Shown here one piece after another: positions 28,374-41,504 of a DNA stretch of 64,000 bases (the first letter of the stretch is position 1; every line of letters starts with the position of its first letter). Both the position numbers and the translations under genes were made by a program. Source of the DNA: Octopus vulgaris (Eukaryota); NCBI GenBank assembly GCA_951406725.2, contig OX597831.1, forward strand, positions 38,316,001-38,380,000. The letters are read 5' to 3'. The notes under the pieces were generated by a model. The model ran no database searches. It was not told where the DNA came from and was given only the letters and a program-made list of their open reading frames with translations.

Positions 28374-29118
28374 AGATCGACACCAGTAGGCAATTGGTAG
28401 TTAATTTATCGACCCCGAAATGATGAAAGGTAATGTCGAACTCGACGGAACTTGAACTCAGAACGTAACGGCAGACGAAATACCGCTAGGCATCTCGCCC
28501 GACGTGGTAACGTTTCTGCCAGCTCTTCGCTTTGTCAAATTCACTATATATTTCTTTAATGCCCACAAGTGGCTACATACAGAGAGGACAAACAAGAGCA
28601 GACAAACGGATTAAGTCCATTATATCGACCCCAGTGCGTAACTGCTACTTATTTAATTGACCCTGATAGGATGAAAGGCAATGTCGACCTCGGCTGAATT
28701 TGAACTCAGAACGTAGCGGCAGACGAAATACCTTATTTCTTTACTATCCACAAGGGGCTAAACACAGAGGCGACAAACAAGGACAGACAAGCAGATTAAG
28801 TTGATTACATCGACCCCAGTGCGTAACTGGTACTTAATCTATCGACTGCGAAAGGATGAAAGGCAAAGTCAACCTCGGCGGAATTTGAACTCAGAACGTA
28901 GCGGCAGACGAAATACCGCTAGGCATCTCGCCCGACGTGGTAACGTTTCTGCCAGCTCTTCGCTTTGCCAAATTCACTATATTCTTTTCTACTTCAAGCA
29001 CAAAGCCCAAAAGTTTTGGACCGGGAACCACTCGATTAGATCGACACCAGTACGCAAATGGTACTTAAATAATGGACCCCGAAAAGATGAAGTCGACATC
29101 GGCGGAATTTGAACTCAT
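28374..29118 (-). mobile_element. Cluster of four SINE family B (Meta-domain) segments
   Basis: Repeated gaccccgaaa(g)gatgaaaggcaaagtcgacctcggcggaatttgaactcagaacgt. Its reverse complement contains the Meta-type motif gcctttcatcctttcggggtcgata...agtaccag and a B-box-like gagttcaaattcc. Confidence 0.88.
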
Positions 29119-29179
29119 ATAATTACACATATTGTGAGGTTTTGTTGTTTCTGAAGTGATATCAGTTTTGTTGCGCCTT

Positions 29180-29550
29180 TCTTATTCTTTTATTCTTATA
29201 TTCTTTTACTTCTTCCAGTCACTTCCTTGCGGCCATGCTGGAGCAACACCTTGAAGGGTTTTATTCGAACAGATCGACCCTAGCACGAATTTGTTTAAGC
29301 TTATTACTAATTCTATCGGTGTCTTTAGCCGAATCAGTTGTCAAACTGCGATGGGGAAGACAAACACACACACACACACACACACACAAAAACTCACGCA
29401 CATATATACGACAGGTTTCTTTCAGTCTCCCTCTACCAAATCGTCGGCCCGAGGCTATAGTAGGAGACACCTGCCCCAGGATTCACGCAGTGAAACTGAA
29501 ACCTTGATCATGTGGTTGGGGAGCAAGCCTCTTACCACACAGCCACGCCT
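29180..29550 (-). mobile_element. SINE family A, older diverged copy
   Basis: gcggccatgctggagca ... acgacaggtttctttcag ... gaggctatagtaggagacacc ... cttaccacacagccac. Confidence 0.8.
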
Positions 29551-29596
29551 GTATTTAAAACATGCACATTTACTGTGTGGATTCGGACATACAATT

Positions 29597-29826
29597 TACT
29601 CTCTACTCTTTACTCTTTTATTTGTTTCAGTCATTTGACTGCGGCCATGCTGAAGCACCGCCTTTGGTCGAGCAAATCGACCCCGGGACTTATTCTTTGT
29701 GAGCCCAGTACTCATTCTATCGGTCTCTTTTGCCGAACCGCTAAGTGACGGGGGCGTAAACACACCAGCACCGGTTGTCAAGCAATGCTAGAGGGACAAA
29801 CACAGACACACAAACATATACACACA

Positions 29827-29881
<55 letters not shown>

Positions 29882-29930
29882 GTAAACAAAGTCAAATGCG
29901 TTACAATAAAATTAATTATTATCGCCGGTG

Positions 29931-29995
<65 letters not shown>

Positions 29996-30162
29996 TACGA
30001 CAGGCTTCTTTCAGTTTCCGTCTACCAAATCCACTCACAAGGCCTTTGGTCGGCCAGAGGCCAAAGCAGGAGACACTTGCCCAAGATACCACGCAGTGGG
30101 ACTGAATCCGGAACCATGTGGTTGGTTAGCAAGCTAGTTACCACACAGCCACTCCTGCGCCT
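29597..30162 (-). mobile_element. SINE family A, full length, with expanded internal (TA)n holding a ~55-bp insert
   Basis: Tail at 29597, head ends ccactcctgcgcc at 30162, foreign segment at 29881-29933. Confidence 0.9.
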
Positions 30163-30214
30163 ATTTGAAGATGACTCGGTTAAATACGTGATGTGTGAGG
30201 GGTGTTGTAATACC

Positions 30215-30620
30215 ATTCTTTCATTTGCTTCTGTCATTTGAGTGCAGCTATGCTGGAGCACCGCGTTATCTTGTTTCTTTTATTCTTTTAATTGTTTCAG
30301 GCATTGAACTTCAGCCCATGCTGGAAGACCGCACTGAGGTGAAATCGAACCCAGTACTTATGTTTCTTTCTTAATTTAGTTTGGTACTTTTCTATTTGTC
30401 GAAAGGCTAAGTTGTGATGGCAAACACAGATAGACACGTAGACATCGTTGTGGCTGTATGTTTGTATGCGTCTGTGTATGTGTGTGTGAAGCGATTCCAC
30501 ACAATTTCCCTCTACCAAATTCAATTACAGGGTTTTTGTAAGCCAGGGTCACATGTTAGGAAAAACTTGGTCAGGGACTCTAGCAGCGGGACTTAATATG
30601 AAACCATGTGCGTTACTATG
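30215..30620 (-). mobile_element. Degenerate SINE family A fragments
   Basis: gtcatttgagtgcagctatgctggagcaccg; ccatgctggaag; tccctctaccaaattca; aaaccatgtg. Confidence 0.6.
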
Positions 30621-30844
30621 TGAACTTTGTTATCACTGAAACACGCTTGACAGTGTGCTGACAAGTTTTGTTATTCTTATTTTTTTTGTGTGTTGACCTC
30701 GTTTTTTTTTCTGTTGTAGATGACGTTGTTCGTCTTGTTGCCGGGTTCACTTTGTTTCGCCTCAGAGCAGCCTCCAGTGCACAGATCTGTACCCAACATC
30801 ATTCCAATGGCTCCCGAACTTTTCTTTAAAGGATTTCTGAAATT

Positions 30845-30908
<64 letters not shown>

Positions 30909-31258
30909 ATAATACGTTTCATTACTTAAAAGGGTGTCATGACATTTCATAAAGCGACAGTCATTATTTCTGAAAGATGAAATAAATTGTCCCCTTTGAT
31001 AAATTTTGTCGATTCATAGATAAAATATTTTAATATTTGGGCCATTTCAATTGCTTTTCTTTTTTCTCACGTAAAGTCATTTTATTTCCTACTGATTTTG
31101 CCGTGCAAAGAATATATATATATATAATATAATAATATATTTGTCAGACTAATTTTATAAGTGGTGATTGTCACTTCGTGTTTGTTTGAGCATCATTTGT
31201 ATTCCTCTTCGACAAATAACCAATCACAAAATACAAACACATATACATATTCTTACAT

Positions 31259-31344
<86 letters not shown>

Positions 31345-31640
31345 GTAAATTTCGAACAATGTGTGTGAGTGCTCAACACTGCATTGGTCGATAAAGATTT
31401 CTTATTTGTGTATTTAGGCTATCATTACATTCCTATTGATAAAATCTCTTAACAAATATTCAAGCCGAAAGCATGGTTTGCGTCTCTATTTTGTTTAAAT
31501 CCAAAATGGAGACGAACTTCAATGTCTTTGTGATCGGCTTGGAATATAGTTAAAATCTTTTCTTAACGTAAAATAAGTGCTGGTCTTAATATACAAATGA
31601 AATGCATATATATGTATGTATATACGTATATATATGTATA

Positions 31641-32300
<660 letters not shown>

Positions 32301-32324
32301 CGTGTTCGTATACCCAGTTGAATT

Positions 32325-32530
32325 CTGATGTAGAGTTCGTTTTTTAATATTCTTCCCTCACCGTCAAATTCCGCCGAGGTCGACGTTGGCTTCCATCCGT
32401 TCAGAGTCAATAAATGATTACGAGTCAATCAAATAAGTACCAGTCGATAAAATGAGTACGGGAGTCGATGTAACGACTTAAACAATCTACCGAATTTGCT
32501 GGCTTTATGTCAAAATTTACAACCAATATT
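32325..32530 (+). mobile_element. SINE family B fragment
   Basis: tcaaattccgccgaggtcgacgttggcttccatccgttc...gtcgataaaatgagtac. Confidence 0.7.
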
Positions 32531-33062
32531 ATTGCTCACGCCACCGACACCTTTTAAAGACATTTAAAGACAACTAATAGAATATAATAAAGCGTATCCT
32601 TAATTGAGGTATGGCAGGTAAAGATATTTAGCTATTACTTCTAGGAGGTGAATGAACCAAAAATATTCTCATTTCTTTCCTTGAAATACATTTTAGTATA
32701 TTCGTATATGAAGAAGAATATCGTATCACGGCCCATTCAATTTTATACACCAATTCTGCTCTAAAACCATTTATCACACTGTAAGAAAATATCAACTTAA
32801 AACAGTTACATTTAATATGACCAATTACTGCAAATATAATTTTTTGGTCTAAATATTTATTAAATAATTTTATCCTGTGCATTGTGCGTGTTTATGTTAC
32901 TCTAAATATCAACTGTATAATTATGTGTGAGAAAAAATTCCGGTACCATATTTTCAGATACAAAAGTTCTTATCAATATTCTGATACACTATCTCTCAGA
33001 AATTGAAAGAAGCCTGATACACAAAAGAAATTAAAACAATTCTAACATACAAAAGAAAATCT

Positions 33063-33455
33063 GTTCTACTCTATGCACAAGACCCGAATTTTCGAAGAGA
33101 GATGGCCAGTCGATTAGTAACTGGTACTTATTTTATCGCCCTCCCCACAAAAAAAAAAGATGAAAGGCAAAGTCGACCTCGGCGGAATATGAACACAGAA
33201 CGTAAAGACAGACGAAATACCTACTTCTCTACGACCCGCAAGGGGGCTAAACACAGAGAGGACAAACAAGGACAGACAAACGAATTAAGTCGATTATATC
33301 GACCCCAGTGCGTAACTGGTACTTATTTAATCGACCCCGAAAGGATGACAGGCAAAGTCGACCTCGGCGGAATTTGAACTCAGAACGCAACGGCTGGCGA
33401 AATATCGCTAAGCATTTCGCCCGGCGTGCTAACGTTTCTGCCAGCTAGCCGCCTT
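33063..33455 (-). mobile_element. SINE family B tandem dimer (full unit 33222-33455 plus a 5'-truncated unit)
   Basis: Two Meta-domain bodies joined at gacgaaatac|ctact; head ends gccagctagccgcctt. Confidence 0.88.
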
Positions 33456-33889
33456 AAACATAGAAATTAAAAGGATTGTTTTCTACTCTAGGCAGAAGGC
33501 CCAACATTTTTGTGGGAGGGTACTAGTAAATTACATCTACCCTAATACGGTAAATGCGTATGGTTGATAATGGAGCATGCTTGATAAAGACTATGATAGA
33601 TACATATCTATGATTGATTAAAGCGAAGTATATCACCTGTAATTAATGACATATGATCGTATAGTGAGGTAGATGTTCTACATCACAGTCTGCACGTAAA
33701 GATCTCAATTAGATTGATAGAAATTTATGACTAATGAAGATACATGATTGATAAAGCAACACGACGCCATCTGAAACATATTAAGTTCTAGGAACGTAGA
33801 TTCGATGCATAGTTGCAGCTCAACTTAATTCGATAAGTTTTTGTCGACTTCAAAACATCATTATAAAAAGAATGATAATTATTTCTAAA

Positions 33890-34080
33890 TTCAATTTTGA
33901 AGGGTAGGGAAAAGCCAATCCGTCGACTCCATTATTTGGCTGGTACTTTATTTTATCGCAGATAAGGACAGAACAGACAAAGTTGACCCCCGTTGGATTT
34001 GAACTGAGAACGTAAAGAAGCAGAAGAAATACCACTAACCATTCTGTCGAACGTTCTAACAACTGTAGCATACCACCACC
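33890..34080 (-). mobile_element. SINE family B older copy
   Basis: ctggtactttattttatcg...caaagttgacccccgttggatttgaactgagaacgtaaag. Confidence 0.65.
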
Positions 34081-34151
34081 TAAATACATTCTACAGTAAT
34101 AAGATGTAGGATATACGAGTTGTTGAAATAAAAATATATAAAACATAGCGA

Positions 34152-34189
<38 letters not shown>

Positions 34190-34918
34190 ATCCATGGGCG
34201 ATCATATATATATTGATATTTGCTGCTGATCAAGTATTGTAAAGATCATACCTTCGATTATATTGAAAACGTGTTCGATCAGTGTTACGATCATGGGCTT
34301 CCCTCCAAATCCTTTCATTCTTTTAAAAACCTCACAATATCATAAACCACGTATTGTTTATTTCTTAACAGCATTACTGACGTTTGAGGGGGAACAGCTT
34401 ACTATTTCTAGCAGACAGAACAACCTCATATATGTTTCATATTGTCCACTTATAAATTTTCTCAATTCATATATAAAGAACGCCATATCTCAGCAATCAT
34501 AATTTCATATGTAATTACTTCTTTAAAGTAAATTTGATGTGTTAGAGACATCAGATATATACTTTTTTATATTTATATTAAAATAACTGCATTTTATGTA
34601 ACCAATGACAGCGGAGATAAATTTATTTTCGAAATATATATTTCATATTATCTTGTTGCACTTTTTATTTTTCTTTCTCTAGTACTTTAAATATCAGCTA
34701 CGTAATTAAGTGTGAAGAAAAACACACTCGTAAACATAAACGAGAAATATTCTTATAAACCTATGTTAGGAGGTAAAAGAATTATGGCGTCTTCCATTAT
34801 AATATAATAACTTAGGATATAAGTCTATATATATATTTGTGTGTGTGTGTGTGTATGTGTGTGTGTATCTGCATGTAATGTGCATATATATATAATTTGT
34901 GTATACATATGTATACAC

Positions 34919-35338
34919 AGGCGTAGGAGTGGCTGTGTGGTAATTAGCTTGCTTACCAACCACATGGTTCCGGGTTCACTCACACCGCGTGGAAGCTTGG
35001 GCAAGTGTCTTCTACTATAGCCTCCGGCCGACCAAAGCCTTGTGAGTGGATTTGGTAGAGGGAAACTGAAAGAAGCCCGTCGTATATATGTATATATATA
35101 TATGTATGTGTCTGTGTATACGTTTGTGAGTCTGTGTTTGTCCCCCCAACATCGCTTGACAACCGATGCTGGTGTATTACATCCCCGTAACTTAGCGGTT
35201 CGGCAAAGTTATCGATAGAATAAGTACTAGGCTTATAAAGAATAAGTTCATGGATCGATTCGCTCGACTAAAGGTGGTGCTCCAGCATGGCCATAGTCAA
35301 ATGACTGAAACAAATAAAAGAGTAAAGAGTAAAAGAGT
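34919..35338 (+). mobile_element. SINE family A, full length (reference-like copy)
   Basis: aggcgtaggagtggctgtgtggtaa...ggttccgggttca...cttgggcaagtgtcttctactatagcc...internal TA/TG microsatellite...aaatgactgaaacaaataaaagagtaaagagtaaaagag. Confidence 0.92.
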
Positions 35339-35711
35339 ATATACACATATATATATATATGCATGTATATATATATACGCATATATATGTATATATATGT
35401 GTGTATATAAATATATGTACATATGTATATATACACAAACACAAATATATAAACACGCACACACACACATGTATATGCATAGGGAGAGATAGATACAAAC
35501 ACTCCAACGCAAGCACACACGCACATATACATTTATATGTGTGCTTTTGTGTGTCGAAAAGAATAATCTTCAACTTTTGTTTCCATTCTCTGTAAACTGA
35601 GTTCAATTTGCCTCAGAGGCTTTCCCACTTTCGGGGTCGCTACATAGAAATCTACTCTTTAGTACTAGCATCGACGCATATAATTATTATTAGTAGTATT
35701 ACTAATACATC

Positions 35712-35918
35712 TAAGGCAGCGAGCTAGCTGACTCGTTAGCACGCCGGGCAAAATGCTTAGCGGTATGTCCTTTGCCGCTACGTTCTGAGTTCAAATTCCA
35801 CCGTTTCGGGGTAGAGAAATTAAGTACCAGACAAAGACTGGGTCGATGTAATCTACTCATCCATACCCCCCTCCCACCAAATTTAGGGCCTTGTGCCTTT
35901 AGTGGAAAGGATCATTAT
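35712..35918 (+). mobile_element. SINE family B copy with an internal deletion
   Basis: aaggcagcgagctagc...gttagcacgccgggcaaaatgcttagcgg...ctgagttcaaattcc...aattaagtaccag. Confidence 0.8.
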
Positions 35919-35939
35919 CAATGTTTCTCTTTGGTGGTG

Positions 35940-36600
35940 TTTATTATTGAATGAGCGAGTAGTTCATGCCACTCCACTATACCCATCATGACTACTCGTC
36001 TGATAAACTTACACCACGGACATACATAACAACCATATTACTATTATTATTGAGTGAGAGAGCAGTGCATGCCATCAAAGTGACACTGGGATAAAATATA
36101 CGAAACCCAGTATACCCATCATGACTACCCGTCTGATAAGGGTACACCAGGCACATGCATCACAACCATATGTGCGCGACATGGTGATCTCATGTCAAGA
36201 TAAACAGCACAAAATCTTGCAGGTGGGGCCCAGTAAGAATTTTCTTCAGGTCGAGTAGCCCATCCTGCTCAAAAGGTCCTTGAATAAGGATTGTTTAAGG
36301 ATGTTGAATGAACCACGCATGTTTCCATAGGTGAATTATCCAAACCTCCAAGAATTCCTTTCAACACAGAGCTACGATGCTCCCCCACTACATCTGCTCG
36401 TTATCAGAGATACACATATCGTCAGCCACTAAGGGACATGGTCAACTGGTTAAGGTCAAACAACTGACAAGCAAATCTGTGGTATTGAGCAGAATATTTG
36501 CTGTAGCCCATCTTTTATAGCAAAACAAAACAACGTACATGATAACACTTCTAATCAGTTAAGATCAGAAACCATGAGAGCCACTGTCTGGTACTGCAGT
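35940..36600 (-). mobile_element. Probable LINE 3' UTR ending in a (TAA)-type tail, plus an adjacent older partial copy of the same 3' end
   Basis: Balanced-GC non-coding block at 36050-36600 beginning attattattgagtgagagagcagtgcatgcc. 35940-36037 repeats its terminus (tatacccatcatgactac.cgtctgataa). Family not determined. Confidence 0.5.
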
Positions 36601-36610
36601 TCACAAGAGA

Positions 36611-36860
36611 TGAAAGGTAGGAGAGTCCAGTTTGCTGGACATTGTTGTAGAGCTGAAAAAGAAGTAATTTCTACTCTTCTCCTCTGGAAGCCATCTACTC
36701 GCAATACCAGAGGGCGCACGCACTCCTACCCTGATGTAATCTCCAGGGATACAGGCATCCAGCAACAGGACCTCCGTAATGCTATGATGGACCGTGAAGT
36801 CTGGCGTAACATAGTAAATTCCATTGTCTCGACCACGGTCGAACAATGATGATGATGATG
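36611..36860 (+). mobile_element. 5'-truncated RTE LINE 3' end, same family as 243-642
   Basis: KGRRVQFAGHCCRAEKEVISTLLLWKPSTRNTRGRTHSYPDVISRDTGIQQQDLRNAMMDREVWRNIVNSIVSTTVEQ*, then a (GAT)n tail. Confidence 0.88.
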
Positions 36861-36866
36861 GTACTG

Positions 36867-37100
<234 letters not shown>

Positions 37101-37677
37101 CATATGATGAAAGTAGGGAGTTGAGAAGCAACGACATCAATCAAACCAAGAGCTTCATGTGGTCTTCAGCCAATCACATTTAACACAGGAGAACAGTATC
37201 TAGCGGCGTCTATTAGAGAGAGGACACCATTAAGAGTCATGGCAACCAATCCAAATTGAAGGTCTTAATTTTATGTCGTAGCGTCATTGTTAATAAAAAA
37301 AAATAGAATATATGTACAAAGCATGAGTCGCAAGTATCATTAAACAGTGAAATCTTCCTGTTTCGTAACTAATTGGAAATATGTCACTAAAATTTTTTGC
37401 ATAGTGTTAAGGATGTTTCTATTTTTCCCTCAAATTAGCATGACGGGAAGCCGTTTCAAAGTCTTGTTTATTCAGGTGCTCCCTAAGGTCATGTGATTGA
37501 CAGTTCCTTCTCAACTATAGGCAAAACATATTATATATTATATAAAAACTCAAATACATGTATATGAATCAATCTGTGCATGTATACATACATAAATGTC
37601 TATATATATCATAATTATCATTATTATTAATATTAGTAGTAGCAGTAGTAGTAGTAGTAGTAGTAGTAGTTGTTGTT

Positions 37678-37722
<45 letters not shown>

Positions 37723-37877
37723 TTATTACGGAGATGTACTTGCATAGCAAGTGACTCGATCTGAGATCGTGTGCTGAAACAAAAACAATTGCAGAGTGGA
37801 AGGTCTTTATAAGTCATTAAAAAAAAGATATATATACAAAAACAGTTTGATTTATTTCAACATTTAATTTTTATTTG

Positions 37878-37924
37878 TGTCAAAATATTTTCGTCGCTTT
37901 GAAGCCGCGACCTGTTCACTGACA
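37878..37924 (-). ncRNA. Minimal type I hammerhead ribozyme with compensated G3-C8 core
   Basis: Minus strand: tgtca-GTGAACA-g-gtcgc(ggcttcaaa)gcgac-GAAA-atattt-tgaca. Stem I tgtca/tgaca, stem II gtcgc/gcgac, palindromic stem III AATATT, cleavage triplet UUU. Confidence 0.75.
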
Positions 37925-37964
37925 AGATTTCTTGCTGCACGAAATGAGATGCAGCACAAAATAT

Positions 37965-38011
37965 TGTCAGTGAATAGGTCGTGGTTTGAAAGCGACGATA
38001 ATATTTTGACA
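37965..38011 (+). ncRNA. Inverted second copy of the G3-C8 hammerhead with core mutations
   Basis: tgtca-GTGAATA-g-gtcgt(ggtttgaaa)gcgac-GATA-atattt-tgaca; C8>T and GAAA>GATA. Confidence 0.6.
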
Positions 38012-38125
38012 CAAATAATATTTCAATGTTGAAATGAAACTAATGGATTCTGTATATGTTTTTAAATGGTTTATAAACACCTTCTACGCTACAATTGTAT
38101 ATATATATATATACATATATATATA

Positions 38126-38207
<82 letters not shown>

Positions 38208-38220
38208 CATATATATAAAC

Positions 38221-38261
<41 letters not shown>

Positions 38262-38360
38262 CACAATATGTGTATGCGTGTGTGTGTGTGTGTTAAATAA
38301 AGTGAAACAAGAAAGCCAAGCCTGTGTGGAATTTTCAGGAGATTTATAAAGAGAAAGTTA

Positions 38361-38408
38361 GTCTCACAGCTGTTTCTGGGATATCGAGGATATCCCCTCA
38401 TCAGAGAC
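38361..38408 (-). ncRNA. Minimal type I hammerhead motif, probably inactivated, in a PLE-terminal fragment (~38292-38530)
   Basis: Minus strand: gtct-CTGATGA-g-gggatatc(ctc)gatatccc-a-GAAA-cagctgt-g-agac. 8-bp stem II, palindromic stem III ACAGCTGT, stem I gtct/agac. Position 17 is G, which is normally non-cleavable. Confidence 0.72.
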
Positions 38409-38745
38409 GATGAGACATAGTTAAAAAGAAGGAAATAATAGAGTTCAATATAAGAAGTTATTTTGGAAAAGGATGGAAATAAGAAGTATAAGAAGTATAA
38501 AGGGAAATAATAGAATAGAAGTAAAAATAAAAATATATGTAGGATGTTGCAGCTGCAGTTCCATTATCCAAGGAATCTGAGGTGTAGAAGTGGTATGAAC
38601 GTTTCTCGGTCATGTTATGTAAATTCCGATAAGAATTCATATTTTGTCATTACAAATGGAATGTTTGGAGACGTAGATTCCATGTGCTGTTCATTCAAAA
38701 GGGTATGTGGCGTGCGATATATATATGGATGTATGAATGTAAGTA

Positions 38746-39090
38746 AAAAGGGTAAAGACCCCCTTCGGTCATGAATGACCATGGGATTGCACCTAGAAAG
38801 TTAACCTCCTAGACACAAGTCCGGGCAAGGTTGTTTATGGAAGACCAGCAGTCGCCCATGCATACCGGCCTCCCCTCTCCACGCCACCATTGTTATCCAA
38901 GGGAAAGACAAAGGTCGATACAGCTTGGCACCTGTGATGTTGCAACTCATTTCTACAGCTGAGTGAACTGGAGCAACGTGAAATAAAGTGTCTTGTTCAA
39001 GAACACAACACGCAGACCGGTCTGGGATTCGAGCTCACAACCTCACGATCGTAAGCTCGACGCTCTAACCACTGAGCCATGCGCCTTCAC
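38746..39090 (-). mobile_element. Full-length tRNA(Arg)-like CORE-type SINE (family C) with an 8-bp TSD
   Basis: Minus head gtgaaggcgcatggctcagtggttagagcgtcgagcttACGatcgtgaggttgtgagctcgaatccc (A box, ACG anticodon, B box), then ttcttgaacaagacactt. TSD tgtaagta at 38738-38745 and 39091-39098. Confidence 0.9.
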
Positions 39091-39439
39091 TGTAAGTATA
39101 CATGAATGTAAGTACACATGTATTAATTAATAGGAAATGGATTTGAGATGAGACATTTATTAGATACAACATATGTTTGAGACATATTTATCAATATAGA
39201 TGATGGGGCATATGTTGTACCTAATAAAGGTCTAATACGAAATCTATCCCCTATTAATTAATACTATTACTCTAACTGCTACTGCGAAGTTCCTGAAGTA
39301 GATCCTGCGGAAGTGTACCACAACTGCGGATGACAAAAAGAAGCCTATTCGGTGACGGTGTTCTACTCAACATTTAAACGCAGTAATTGAATGATACATA
39401 TTTGTCCAAATTATTTATAATTTTCTTTCTCTTTTTTTT

Positions 39440-39655
39440 TCTTTCACTTGTTTCAGTCATTTGATTGCGGCCATGCTGGAGCGCCGCCTTTAGTCGAGCA
39501 ATTCGACCCCGGGACTTATTCTTTGTAAGCCCAGTACTTATTCTATCGGTCTCTTTTGTCGAACCACTAAGTGACAGGGACGTAAACACACCAGGATCGG
39601 TTGTCAGGCAATGCTAGGAGGACAAACACAGACATACAAACACACAGACACACAG

Positions 39656-39706
<51 letters not shown>

Positions 39707-39802
39707 TACGACAGGCTTCTTTCAGTTTCCGTCTACCAAATCCACTCACAAGACATTGGTCGGCTTGGGGCTATAGTAGAAGACACAGTCACTCATGCGC
39801 CT
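39440..39802 (-). mobile_element. SINE family A with most of the head deleted
   Basis: 3' and central modules intact; gctatagtagaagacac joins directly to agtcactcatgcgcc. Confidence 0.85.
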
Positions 39803-39820
39803 ATGTATATATAAATATAT

Positions 39821-39875
<55 letters not shown>

Positions 39876-40239
39876 ATTAATGTGTGTATATTATCGCTCC
39901 GGAAAGGACAGAAAGGCGGGATCTGAAGTGAGAATGTAGAGTCGGAAGAAATGCCGATAACCATTCTGTCCGTCGTTCTAACAAGTGTACCATATCACCG
40001 AGCGTATGTACATCTTTTACCTGTTTCAGTCATTGTGTTGCTGCCATACTGGAGCACGCCTTGGAGTGCTTACGTATTCAGCCTAGTACTTATTCTACTA
40101 GTTTCTTTCGCGAATCTCTTTTCGTGAAAAGTTACGGAGACGTAGAGAAAGGAACTTCTGTCTCAGGCATTAGTGGGGGACAAACGCATGCACAATGGAA
40201 CATACATACATACACACACACGCACTCACACACACATAC

Positions 40240-40254
40240 ACAGACAGACAGACG

Positions 40255-40319
<65 letters not shown>

Positions 40320-40379
40320 GTGGATGGATGGATGGATGGAGAGAGATCAATAGATAGATACGTAGATAGGTAGGTAGAC

Positions 40380-40414
<35 letters not shown>

Positions 40415-40616
40415 TGGATAGATAGGTAAGTAGATAGGTAGATGGATAGATAAATAGAGAGAGAGAGGGAGAGAGAGAAAGGTGTATAGATTAATAGAGA
40501 GACAGACAGACCAACGGACAGACGCATGGATAGATGGACGGATTGATAGATCGAGAGATAGATAGATATATAGATTGGTAGATAGATAAACAGACAGACA
40601 GACAGACAGTTAGATG

Positions 40617-40706
<90 letters not shown>
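40240..40706. repeat. (GATA)n/(GACA)n/(GGAT)n compound microsatellite
   Basis: Directly visible. Confidence 0.95.
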
Positions 40707-40707
<1 letters not shown>

Positions 40708-41155
40708 TCAGGTTTCAGTTACGCATAGCGATAGTAAATCTACCTATGTATATGTTTCATTGTCAGTCTACCTACTTGACTTTCAGTTGTTCATCATTTA
40801 TATGTAGCTGATTAGTAAACTACGTCTTCCATTGTGTCTAAGCGTTTTAAACACATCTATAATGCATATGTTATACATTTATATTCTGATATGAATTCAA
40901 AACAGCATGCAAATCTTTCGATGAAAATCATCATCATCATCATCATTAGCACCCTGATCATGATCGTTTTCAGCATCATCATCATCACCTCCATCATTTG
41001 AGTTGATGGTATCAGCTGTATAATATTTTTACCAATTTTGGCAAATATAGTTTATCCGCTAGTTGCTGACAAACTCTCATTCTAAGAGGTAAACTCATTT
41101 GTATTCTTCTTAGATATAGTTTCAGCTTTCTGAACGAATAAAAGAATACATATGT

Positions 41156-41170
41156 ACACACACACACACA

Positions 41171-41224
<54 letters not shown>

Positions 41225-41294
41225 CACAAACACACACACACATACACACACGCACACACTCGCAAAAAAACACACACACACAAACAGACACACA

Positions 41295-41330
<36 letters not shown>

Positions 41331-41408
41331 ACACACACACACATACACACACGCACACACTCGCAAACACACACACAAACACACACACATACACACACGC
41401 ACACACTC

Positions 41409-41502
<94 letters not shown>
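41156..41502. repeat. (CA)n array with a higher-order unit (catacacacacgcacacactcgcaaa, three copies) followed by (TA)n
   Basis: Unit visible near 41241, 41342 and 41387. Confidence 0.9.

Positions 41503-41504
<2 letters not shown>

Larger units (their letters stand above)
37725..38050. mobile_element. Palindromic non-coding element made of two inverted HHR-bearing units (probable PLE pLTR pair)
   Basis: Arms at about 37850-37939 and 37949-38037 are reverse complements (ttcaacatt...tgtgtcaaaatatt...gctgca / tgcagc...aatattttgacaca...aatgttgaa). Confidence 0.75.

Noticed and set aside
28374-29118. Regularly recurring repeats resembling an array
   Set aside because: These are SINE fragments of variable length and spacing in a eukaryotic context, with no cas genes; not CRISPR.
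33560-33760. Cluster of TGATA motifs
   Set aside because: Expected in AT-rich DNA with decayed GATA repeats; no independent support for an enhancer.
39010-39090. tRNA-Arg(ACG)-like sequence
   Set aside because: It lacks proper acceptor and anticodon stem pairing and continues into a SINE body bounded by TSDs, so it is a SINE head rather than a tRNA gene.
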